A DNA stretch of 64,000 nt from Acidimicrobiia bacterium (lineage in GTDB: Bacteria; Actinomycetota; Acidimicrobiia; Spongiisociales; Spongiisociaceae), in contig JBFGLM010000024.1 of assembly GCA_041576165.1 (NCBI GenBank), positions 10,481 to 74,480 of the forward strand, in the 5' to 3' direction. Below are positions 19,664-28,012 of the stretch, piece by piece. Numbering within the stretch: the stretch's first letter is position 1; every line of letters starts with the position of its first letter. Both the position numbers and the translations under genes were made by a program. A model generated the notes under the pieces. It was not told the origin of the DNA, searched no databases, and saw nothing but the letters and a program-made list of their open reading frames with translations.

Positions 19664-20619
19664 TCTCTCGGCAGAGAGGACGGGCCGGAGCCGTCAACTA
19701 CCACTGAATAGGGCCACCGACCCGATGTGCCGTCACCCCATTCCACGACGACCCGCCACCGGGATCCGTCCGTCTCGGCACCGACGATACGCAGGCCTTC
19801 CCCGCTGTCGGGCAGCTGACTCCGCACACGCTCCAGCACCTGTGGGGGAGGCTCGGCGGGGTGCCATTCGACGGAGCCGACCGGAGGGGTCCCGGTGGGC
19901 AGCTCAACGGGGGCCGGAAAGTCGAGAACAGTTCCGGACCCGTCGGAACCAACCGCAACGGGCACCGTGACGGCCTGGATGTGACCGGCCCGATAGGACT
20001 CACCGTCCGCGGCCACCAAGGTCCGGTAGAGCACCGTCACCAGGTGGGTACCGTCACCCTCAGACTCGATCGATAACGCCCGCACCCAATCGACGTACGT
20101 CGCCAGGCCGGGCGGAGGTTCCGGCACCACGATCTGGCCGGCGAGGGCTGCTCGCACCTTCTCGACCCGGGCGGCATCCGAAGTGGAGAAATAGTCGAGG
20201 ACGAACCACTCGGCGCGCACGGCCGCTGCCCTCTCGCCGGTCGCCGGCGCGAACGCCATCAAATCGGCCTCTGTCACTATTTGCTCTGCGGAGGACACCG
20301 GTGTGGTGGGAGGCGGCACGGCGGCGCGCGTGTCGGCCGTGCGGTCGGATTGTTCGTCTGCCGGGTCGCCGAGCGCATTGGCCGAGACCGAATCTGGCGG
20401 AAGCGTGATCACGCTCGGCTCGGAGGGAGTGGTCCGGAAGGTCAGAATCGCGACCGCAGCAGCTACGGCAACCACCGCACCCAGCAGGTACGGAAGCCAG
20501 GGAGGCCGCTCGGGGGCATTCACGGTCAGCCGGTCCCACGGGATGTGCTCTATTACCTCGTCGCCCGGGCCGGCGCGGGAGTCGTCATCTGATAGGGGGC
20601 GATCGTCGTCGGGCGGCAC
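19648..20619 (-). CDS. single-TM protein with possible TcpC/VirB8-like extracellular domain
   Basis: N-terminal TM, Pro/Thr linker, then AEWFVLDYFS...VTVLYRT...VTVPVAV...VLDFPAPV; GGAG before GTG 20619; family call is by eye. Confidence 0.5.
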   Translation of the reverse strand: MPPDDDRPLSDDDSRAGPGDEVIEHIPWDRLTVNAPERPPWLPYLLGAVVAVAAAVAILTFRTTPSEPSVITLPPDSVSANALGDPADEQSDRTADTRAAVPPPTTPVSSAEQIVTEADLMAFAPATGERAAAVRAEWFVLDYFSTSDAARVEKVRAALAGQIVVPEPPPGLATYVDWVRALSIESEGDGTHLVTVLYRTLVAADGESYRAGHIQAVTVPVAVGSDGSGTVLDFPAPVELPTGTPPVGSVEWHPAEPPPQVLERVRSQLPDSGEGLRIVGAETDGSRWRVVVEWGDGTSGRWPYSVVVDGSGPSSLPRDQSGK

Positions 20620-20734
20620 AGCACTCCATCCCCTCCCGACGCCATTGCCACGATACGTGCGGAACACATGTCCCACAAGATCATCGTTTCGGCTGCCTAG
20701 GAACTGCGGTGGCGTCTACTAACGTTCCTGCCGC

Positions 20735-21367
20735 ATGGTACGGAATCCAGACCCAAAACCCGGTCGCTGGATCCTCCCTCTGGTCGTGCTGGGGATGGTC
20801 TTCTTCACCTGGGCGTTCGTGCAGCGGCTCGAACCCGAGGTGATCGCAGACGATGCCCCCATTTCCACCACCACAACTGTGGCCGAATCTGAGGGTGGAG
20901 AGGGTGAGACCGGCAGCGCGGAAGAGACTCCGGATGAGACCACGGCGACCACTCTCCCGGCCGATCTTGCCGCCTTCCTGACTGACATCGTCGCCGATCA
21001 GGAGGCACTCGCCGTACTCGCCACCGAGATGGACACCGCCAACGCCGCGTGGGACAACGACGAGGCCGGCTACGGAGAAACCGAGACCTCCTTGCTCGAA
21101 CTTCGCGATGAAGCCGCCGTGTTCCGTGACACGGTCGTGCTGCGCCAGGCCCCGGCCGGATACACCGACATCGCCTCCGCATTCGAAGATGCCGTAAACG
21201 CAGCGGAGGGTGTCGCCGGGTCGGCCGAAGACGTGCTGGCCGGTCTGCGGGCCCCGGACACCGGCCAGGCCCGCCGCTCGGCGCTGCTCGAGTTCCGTTC
21301 GGCAGCCGAGGCGTTCAATCAGGCAGTGGCGGCTATGGAGTTGGCAGCCGAGGGTGCCGCCGGCTGA
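20735..21367 (+). CDS. membrane-anchored acidic helical hypothetical protein
   Basis: N-terminal TM (WILPLVVLGMVFFTWAF), Thr/Glu linker, helical C-terminus. Confidence 0.7.
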   Translation: MVRNPDPKPGRWILPLVVLGMVFFTWAFVQRLEPEVIADDAPISTTTTVAESEGGEGETGSAEETPDETTATTLPADLAAFLTDIVADQEALAVLATEMDTANAAWDNDEAGYGETETSLLELRDEAAVFRDTVVLRQAPAGYTDIASAFEDAVNAAEGVAGSAEDVLAGLRAPDTGQARRSALLEFRSAAEAFNQAVAAMELAAEGAAG

Positions 21368-21442
21368 TCGTCCAGTCGACCGGGCCCATACCGATTCTGT
21401 GCGACGTAGACGCATATACCTTCGTGGACGTCCGGCACGCGC

Positions 21443-21469
21443 CGAGGGCCGCCCGGCGGGCGGCCCTCG
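21443..21469. terminator. bidirectional hairpin between convergent genes
   Basis: CGAGGGCCGCCC-GGC-GGGCGGCCCTCG, perfect 12-bp stem. Confidence 0.65.
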
Positions 21470-21486
21470 ATTTGATCAACCGGCAC

Positions 21487-22494
21487 TCAGACCGTTGCGG
21501 CCGAGCAAACCGTTTCGGTGATCAGCCGGGTCACGATGTACGGGTCGCAGTTTGCATTGGGTCGGCGGTCCTCGATGTACCCCTTGCCCTCTTTCTCCAC
21601 CTGCCAGGGAATCCGGACCGACGCCCCCCGGTCAGACACAGCGTAGGAGAAGGTATCCCAGCGCTGGGTCTCGTGCTCACCGGTGAGGCGCAGTTCGATC
21701 CCTGCTCCGTAGTGCTTGATGTGTTCCTCGGCATTCTTCCCGAGGGCCTCACATGCTGCGATCACGGCGTCGTATGTCTCACGCATCTGATTGGTCGAGA
21801 AGTTGGTGTGACAGCCGGCCCCGTTCCAATCGCCGGGCATCGGCTTGGGATGGATCGAAATCTCGAGGTCGTAGTCCTCGCCGATGCGGTACAGCATCCA
21901 ACGGGCCAGGATCAGCTGGTCGGCCATCTCCACCGGGTCGAGCGGCCCGATCTGGAACTCCCATTGACCGGTCATGACCTCGGCGTTGGTCCCGGAGATC
22001 GCCAACCCGGCATCCATGCAGGCCTGGCTGTGGGCATCGGCTATCTGGCGGCCGTAGATGTCGGCCGCGCCGACCCCGCAGTAATAAGGGCCCTGCGGCG
22101 CCGGATATCCACCTTTGGGGAATCCGTGCGGATGACCGTCGTCCATGAAGTTGTATTCCTGCTCCATGCCGAACCAGGGCTCGAAGGACGCGTACTTGTT
22201 GGCGACCTCGACGGTGGCCGCGCGCGTGTTAGTGGGGTGTGGCTCGAGGTCGGTCGTCAAACATTCGGCAAGCACCAGGACGTCATCGCGTCCGCGGATC
22301 GGGTCCGGAACGAGCTTCACGGGTCGCAAGACCACATCAGACGCATCACCGGGTGCCTGGTTCGTGCTGGAACCGTCAAAACCCCAGATCGGCGGTTCGG
22401 CGCCGTCAGGAAGCACCTTGGTCTTCGACCGCAGCAGGTGGGACGGCTCAGTGCCGTCGGTCCAGATGTACATAGCGCGATACGGCAATGTCAT
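21487..22494 (-). CDS. glnII: glutamine synthetase type II
   Basis: 335 aa; YIWTDG, LRSKTK, WGFDGSSTNQA, NAEVMTGQWEFQIG, DWNGAGCHTNFST, RLTGEHET, DRGASVRIP, GYIEDRRP. Confidence 0.95.
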   Translation of the reverse strand: MTLPYRAMYIWTDGTEPSHLLRSKTKVLPDGAEPPIWGFDGSSTNQAPGDASDVVLRPVKLVPDPIRGRDDVLVLAECLTTDLEPHPTNTRAATVEVANKYASFEPWFGMEQEYNFMDDGHPHGFPKGGYPAPQGPYYCGVGAADIYGRQIADAHSQACMDAGLAISGTNAEVMTGQWEFQIGPLDPVEMADQLILARWMLYRIGEDYDLEISIHPKPMPGDWNGAGCHTNFSTNQMRETYDAVIAACEALGKNAEEHIKHYGAGIELRLTGEHETQRWDTFSYAVSDRGASVRIPWQVEKEGKGYIEDRRPNANCDPYIVTRLITETVCSAATV

Positions 22495-22596
22495 TCCTTA
22501 CCTTCTAGGCGGTCCCCGAATGCCAGGGTGCCGCCGCCCGACTTGCCCGAGGCGAGCGCGTTCCAGCGCCCGCCATGAACACGATGACATCAAGCA

Positions 22597-22634
22597 GTTT
22601 CGGAGCGGTTGCCGAAGTGTGAACACTGTGTTTC
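22597..22634 (-). promoter_or_regulatory. GlnR-box-like array
   Basis: Minus strand GAAAC-n6-TTCAC-n6-GCAAC-n6-GAAAC with exact 11-bp period; resembles the actinomycete gTnAc-n6-GaAAc GlnR box. Confidence 0.7.
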
Positions 22635-22716
22635 GGGTCCGCCGATCCGGCCCGGTGGTCTGGAGGTCCACCGACCGGAGGGCTACGGTTCGCGAAGAAC
22701 ACCCAGTGGAGCAGAG

Positions 22717-24042
22717 ATGAGCAAGCAGGCCGAATACGTGCTGCGGACCGTGGGCGAACGCGGGGTGCGCTTCGTCAGACTGTGGTTCACCGACGTGCAG
22801 GGGTTTCTCAAGTCCGTTGCGATCAGCCCTACCGAACTGGAGGTTGCCTTCGATGAGGGCATGACCTTCGACGGTTCCGCCATCGACGGCTACGCCCGGA
22901 TCCAGGAAGCGGACATGGTTGCGAAACCGGACCCCGCCTCGTTCCGGATTCTCCCATGGCGTCCCGACCAGCAGGTCGCCGCCATGTTCTGCAACATCCA
23001 GCGGCCCGACGGCACGTCCTTCGACGGCGATCCGCGTTACGTCCTCCAGCGGAACCTGCAACGAGCCGCCGACCTCGGTTATTCGTTCTTCGTAGGACCT
23101 GAGGTGGAGTACTTCTACTTCCGGGACTCAGGCCCCGAGCCCCAGGTGCTCGATCGAGGCGGCTACTTCGATCTCACCCCGCTCGATGTCGCCCAGGAAT
23201 ACCGGCGGAGCACGATCAACGCGCTCGAACAGCTCGGCATCCCGGTCGAGTACAGCCACCATGAGGTGGCGCCCTCACAACACGAGATCAACCTCCGGTA
23301 CACCGACGCATTATCGATGGCCGACTCGGTGATGACGTTCCGCCTGACCGTCAAGGAGATTGCTCTCGAAAACGGAATCTATGCCACCTTCATGCCCAAG
23401 CCGCTGGAGCAGCACGACGGGAGCGGCCTCCACCTGCACCTGTCGATGTTTCAGGGTGATCAGAACGCGTTCTACGAACCGGGGGCCGAGACCGGGCTGT
23501 CGAAGATCGCAGCAAAGTTCATCGCGGGCATCCTGCACCACGCTCCCGAGTTCACCGCTGTGACGAACCAATGGGTCAACTCGTACAAACGGCTCGTGCG
23601 CGGCTTCGAGGCTCCGATCTACACGTACTGGGCCCGCAACAACCAGTCGGCGCTGGTGAGGGTGCCCACCGTCAAGGCGGGCAAACCCGACAGCACCCGG
23701 ATCGAGTATCGGGCAGCCGACGCCGCCTGTAACCCATACCTGGCGTTTTCGGTGTTGCTTGCGGCGGGATTGCGGGGCATCGAGCAGAGCTATGAACTCC
23801 CACCCGAGCTGACCGGCAATGCACTCGACATGAGCTCTCGCCAGCGACGCGCGGCCGGCCTCACCCGCCTTCCGGAAACGCTGTCCCAGGCGTTGGACGC
23901 CATGGAATCCTCGGAGCTCGTGGCGAGCGCGCTGGGCGAACACACCTTCAACTGGTTCTTGCGCAACAAGCGCAAAGAGTGGGATCGTTACCAGCAACAC
24001 GTCTCCCGATTCGAACTCGAGGAATACCTCCCGGTGCTGTGA
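22717..24042 (+). CDS. glnA: glutamine synthetase type I-alpha homolog (GlnA2-like) with altered active-site residue
   Basis: VRLWFTD, FDGSAIDG, GPEVEYF, HHEVAPSQHE, FMPKP, YKRL..GFEAP, RIEYR, NPYLA; NRSA appears as NQSA. Confidence 0.9.
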   Translation: MSKQAEYVLRTVGERGVRFVRLWFTDVQGFLKSVAISPTELEVAFDEGMTFDGSAIDGYARIQEADMVAKPDPASFRILPWRPDQQVAAMFCNIQRPDGTSFDGDPRYVLQRNLQRAADLGYSFFVGPEVEYFYFRDSGPEPQVLDRGGYFDLTPLDVAQEYRRSTINALEQLGIPVEYSHHEVAPSQHEINLRYTDALSMADSVMTFRLTVKEIALENGIYATFMPKPLEQHDGSGLHLHLSMFQGDQNAFYEPGAETGLSKIAAKFIAGILHHAPEFTAVTNQWVNSYKRLVRGFEAPIYTYWARNNQSALVRVPTVKAGKPDSTRIEYRAADAACNPYLAFSVLLAAGLRGIEQSYELPPELTGNALDMSSRQRRAAGLTRLPETLSQALDAMESSELVASALGEHTFNWFLRNKRKEWDRYQQHVSRFELEEYLPVL

Positions 24043-24677
24043 TGCAGATCGCGGTTTTTCCGTCGGTGCTCTCTCAGGAGCTGAGTGAAGCCCTCCTGCT
24101 GGGTGGCGTCGCGGTCAAGCTGCTCGATGACTCCAACACGGCCGGGATGGACACCAGCGAGTGGTCCGCGCTGCTGGTTGAGCTGGGCGACGATCCGCCG
24201 CGGATGTTGCGCGAAGCCGGGCGGGTGGTGGCGGACACCGGTTTGCCGGTTCTCGTCGTCGCAGCCCGGGATCAGCTGCCCAATTTCGCCACCGAGTTCG
24301 CATTCGATGATTTTGTGGTGGGACCGCCTGACGCACTCGAGCTGAAGGTACGGCTGAGCCGCCTCGGCGGCTCCGAGCCGGACGCCGAGATCCTCGAATA
24401 TCAGGACCTGGTCCTCAACACTGCGACGTATCAGGCCACCGTCGGCGGCAAGCCTGTCGATCTGACGTACATGGAATACGAGCTCCTTCGTTATTTCGTC
24501 GAAAACCGGGGCCGGGTGTGGAGTCGCGAACAGCTGCTCTCCAAGGTCTGGGGCTACGACTATTTTGGGGGCGCTCGCACCGTCGACGTCCACGTGCGGC
24601 GACTCCGGGCGAAGCTGGGGGAAGAGCGCTCCAGCTGGATAACGACCGTCCGGTCAGTCGGCTATCGATTCGGGTGA
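24042..24677 (+). CDS. glnR: GlnR-like OmpR-family regulator with degenerate receiver domain
   Basis: DLTYMEYELL...GRVWSREQLL..VWGYDYFGGARTVDVHVRRLRAKLG..ITTVRSVGYRF matches the actinomycete GlnR DNA-binding domain; TGATG overlap with glnA. Confidence 0.85.
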   Translation: MQIAVFPSVLSQELSEALLLGGVAVKLLDDSNTAGMDTSEWSALLVELGDDPPRMLREAGRVVADTGLPVLVVAARDQLPNFATEFAFDDFVVGPPDALELKVRLSRLGGSEPDAEILEYQDLVLNTATYQATVGGKPVDLTYMEYELLRYFVENRGRVWSREQLLSKVWGYDYFGGARTVDVHVRRLRAKLGEERSSWITTVRSVGYRFG

Positions 24678-25811
24678 AAACACTTCCAGATACAAGGCAC
24701 GGGCTGCAAAAGCCTGACGCACATCCCCCACAACGTCTTCAAAGAACTCGGCCCGGTAGTTGGGGTCGGTGACTGCGGTCACCGCGAAGTAGAGACCGGC
24801 GAACGCAGCCAGGAATCCGGCGACCCGCAACAGCTCCTCGGTGAAGATGACCGAGCGGTCGAACAGCGTCGCCTGCCACAGCACGTTGGGTGCCCGACCT
24901 ATCCACGACGTGATGGTGCCCTCGCCGAGGGCCAGCACGCCGAACAGGGCCAGAAATCCGCCGACGAGGAGGGCAACCAGCAGCACCTGCAGCGCCTGGC
25001 CGAACAGGATCACCAACCCAACATTGACCCACTGCCGCCCGCGCAGTGGTTTGGCCGGCGGGGATTCCGACCGGGGCCGGAGGCTCGCCGCCGGGCTGTT
25101 GGCACATAGCTCGAAGACTCGATCCCAGGTCTCGAAGCGTCCGAGACCCTCGACCTCGTTGGGCAGTCGAAAGATCGAGAACAAAGCACCGAACAACGCG
25201 AACAGCCCCACCGTCGCGACAAACAACGGGCCGAACAGGCCGGACGCCATCTGCCAAACCTCGGCATTGATGAACAGGAAGGTCACGAACAACAGCAGCA
25301 GCGGCAGCGCCCTCGCAAACAACCGGATCGTGTCGCCCAACTGTCGGAACAGGCGCTTGCTGGCCCAGATCGTGATCGGGACGAGGGCATAGCTGGTGCC
25401 GAAATAGATAACCGCCAAAATCACGACGTTGAGCGCCACGATGCCCAACGACCCGGTCAGATTTCCGCCGAACAGCAACGGCACCAAGGCGGGAACAAAC
25501 ACAAATACCCCCAGCTCGACCGAGCCTATCGAGTGGGGAAGCTCGAGTGACCGGCGGCCCCGCCAGCGGTTGATCGCCGCCCACGCCGCAACCACGAACA
25601 CGAAACCTCCAAGTGCGCCCAGGGTGTTGGCCCACCACGACCGGAAGTTGAGCGCACCCAGCGCTTCGACGAGAAAGACGACCGTGAGAAGCGGGGCGGC
25701 CCTGGTGAGAATGTCGCTCGACGCCGAGTATCCCTCGATGAGATGCGGAAGACCGCGGCGGATGAACCACCGTTCGATGTCGCGCAGCTCGGCGTCCCGT
25801 CGGTACGTCAT
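24654..25811 (-). CDS. integral membrane protein (actinobacterial type)
   Basis: ERWFIRRGLPH N-terminus, ARALPLLLLFVTFLFINAEVWQ, many TM helices; 24-bp convergent overlap with glnR. Confidence 0.75.
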   Translation of the reverse strand: MTYRRDAELRDIERWFIRRGLPHLIEGYSASSDILTRAAPLLTVVFLVEALGALNFRSWWANTLGALGGFVFVVAAWAAINRWRGRRSLELPHSIGSVELGVFVFVPALVPLLFGGNLTGSLGIVALNVVILAVIYFGTSYALVPITIWASKRLFRQLGDTIRLFARALPLLLLFVTFLFINAEVWQMASGLFGPLFVATVGLFALFGALFSIFRLPNEVEGLGRFETWDRVFELCANSPAASLRPRSESPPAKPLRGRQWVNVGLVILFGQALQVLLVALLVGGFLALFGVLALGEGTITSWIGRAPNVLWQATLFDRSVIFTEELLRVAGFLAAFAGLYFAVTAVTDPNYRAEFFEDVVGDVRQAFAARALYLEVFSPESIAD

Positions 25812-25990
25812 GAAGCGATTGTCGTGAGTCTCGCATGCGCCACCAAGGATCTGCAGTGATTGGGCATTGGGGGCGGGACGCCGGTCACCATGGCCGGGTG
25901 CTATCAGCTGCCACGCGCCGGTGCTAGTGCCCATCGGCTGACGCCGTTTGCCTCTGGCCCGAGTCTCACCGCCTGACGGACCATAGGAGC

Positions 25991-27211
25991 GTGGCGACGG
26001 ACGAGGGGCTCCGGCGGGAGCTCACTTTGACCGGGCTGGTCCTGTACGGCCTCGGAACCACGATCGGTGCGGGGATATATGCACTCACCGGCGAGATCGC
26101 CGGCGTTGCGGGCCGGCATGCGCCCCTTTCGTTCATGGTGGCAGCGCTGCTGGCGGCCGCCACCGGGCTCGGTTTCGCCGAGCTGACCGGCCGCTTGCCG
26201 AAGGCGGCGGGTGAAGCTGTGTTCGTTCGCCATGCGTTTGGCCTGCCCGTCGCGTCGAAGGCAGTAGGCGCAGCTGTGGTAGCCGCCGGTCTCGTAGCCG
26301 GGGCCGCGATCACCAATGCATTTGCCGGCTATCTCAGCGAGATAACCCGGATACCCAAGGCGCTCGCCGTGTTCTTGCTGGTTGGAACACTCGGGGCGTT
26401 CGCGCTGATCGGCGTCAAGCTCTCCGTCGCGATCGCAGGCACGTTCACTGTGATCGAGGTCATCGGGCTCGGCATAGTGCTCTGGTTCGGAGCCCCCCGC
26501 ATAGACGACCTTGCCGGGCTGGTGCGCGATGCGATGGTGCCGGCTCTCGAGGCTGACGCCATCTTCGGTGTCCTCTCCGGCGCTTTTCTGGCCTTTTTCG
26601 CATTTCTCGGCTTCGAAGACATCGACTCGGTGGCGGAGGAGACCATCGACGCCCGCCGCACCCTGCCCCGGGCGATTCTCTGGACGCTGGGCATAACTGC
26701 GGTTCTGTATGTGACCGTGGCATTCGTGGCCGTGGGTACGTTGTCGCCGGCCCGGCTGGCCGCGGCCGACGCTCCGCTCGCTGCCCTCGCCCGTGCCAGC
26801 GGCGGGCCAGGAGACCTCTTGGCGGTGGTCGGGACGCTGGCGATGGTGAACGGGGCACTGGTGCAGCTGGTCATGGTTCCGAGGATCCTCTATGGAATGG
26901 CGAATCTCGGGGACGCCCCTGCTTTGTTCGCCCGCATCAATGAGAGGACGGCCACTCCGGTGGTCGGGACCCTGACCGCCATGGCCGCAGTTACAGCTCT
27001 CGCGCTCCTTTTCGATCTCGGTCCGCTCGCTCGCGTGACTTCGGCCCTCACGATCGGCGTGTTCGCTTCGGTGAATGCCGCCCTCATCCGGATCAAACGG
27101 CGGGAAGGCCGGCCCGACAGCTACGAAGTGCCCGGCTGGGTGCCGGCCGGGGGCCTGCTGATCTCGTTGGGCCTGTTCGGGGCCGAGCTCGTACGCCTGT
27201 TCGGAGGCTGA
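25991..27211 (+). CDS. APC-family amino acid permease
   Basis: LRREL...GLGTTIGAGIY, FFAFLGFEDI...AEE, ~12 TM; AGGAG SD. Confidence 0.9.
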   Translation: MATDEGLRRELTLTGLVLYGLGTTIGAGIYALTGEIAGVAGRHAPLSFMVAALLAAATGLGFAELTGRLPKAAGEAVFVRHAFGLPVASKAVGAAVVAAGLVAGAAITNAFAGYLSEITRIPKALAVFLLVGTLGAFALIGVKLSVAIAGTFTVIEVIGLGIVLWFGAPRIDDLAGLVRDAMVPALEADAIFGVLSGAFLAFFAFLGFEDIDSVAEETIDARRTLPRAILWTLGITAVLYVTVAFVAVGTLSPARLAAADAPLAALARASGGPGDLLAVVGTLAMVNGALVQLVMVPRILYGMANLGDAPALFARINERTATPVVGTLTAMAAVTALALLFDLGPLARVTSALTIGVFASVNAALIRIKRREGRPDSYEVPGWVPAGGLLISLGLFGAELVRLFGG

Positions 27212-27217
27212 GCGAAG

Positions 27218-27826
27218 TCAGTTGCAGGGTTTGTCTGCCACCAGGATGATGTCGTGTGCTGGGCGGGTCGCATGGCCGGTCGGCAGGTATCGCAAGATCT
27301 TCTCGTTGCGACGGACGACGAGCTCCTCGAAGTCTGACGCAAGCATCGATTCATCGAAGAGCACTTCTGGCATCGGGGGACCACCTACTCCGTGTTCGAG
27401 GTTGTCCCGGTGGTGGGCCACCAGAAACAACGTTCCGCCCGGGGCCAGCGCATCAACAGCTTTGCGGTGTACGGCGCGCCGGGTTCGGCCCGGGAGCTGC
27501 AGGTAGCTGAGCAAGACCAGGTCATACTCGGGATCGGGCATCCAGCTCCGGGCCACGTCCACCGCGTGGAAATCGATCTCGACCCCGGCACGGGCGGCCA
27601 GTTCTCGCGCCTGACCGATCGCGACGTCCGACAGATCCAGCCCGGTCACCCGGTGACCTTGCATGGCCAGCCAGACCGCGTTTCGCCCTTGACCGCAACC
27701 AAGATCCAGAACCCGACGAGGTGACCAGCCTGCCAGCTCGGCCTGGAGGAATTGGTTCGGCTCTGCCCCGTACAGTTCCGAGTCGTCCCGGTAACGGGCA
27801 TTCCACAGTTCGCGGGCTTCAGTCAT
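27218..27826 (-). CDS. class I SAM-dependent methyltransferase
   Basis: WNARY...EPNQFL, VLDLGCGQGRNA, GLDLS, LAPGG. Confidence 0.9.
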   Translation of the reverse strand: MTEARELWNARYRDDSELYGAEPNQFLQAELAGWSPRRVLDLGCGQGRNAVWLAMQGHRVTGLDLSDVAIGQARELAARAGVEIDFHAVDVARSWMPDPEYDLVLLSYLQLPGRTRRAVHRKAVDALAPGGTLFLVAHHRDNLEHGVGGPPMPEVLFDESMLASDFEELVVRRNEKILRYLPTGHATRPAHDIILVADKPCN

Positions 27827-28012
27827 GCGCTATCACCGCGATGTTATCCCGGCGGCCAGCGCTCGCCGGCCGGCTCAGTGAGCGCCGCCGGACCTGGTCA
27901 CGGACGGCGGCCCGTCGAGCGGCGCCGTCGGAGAGTGTCGCGTAGATGTGTCCGTTGTGGACAGGCGACGCGAAACGATGCCGGCAATCCGGGCAATAAG
28001 TCGCGCCGGCGA

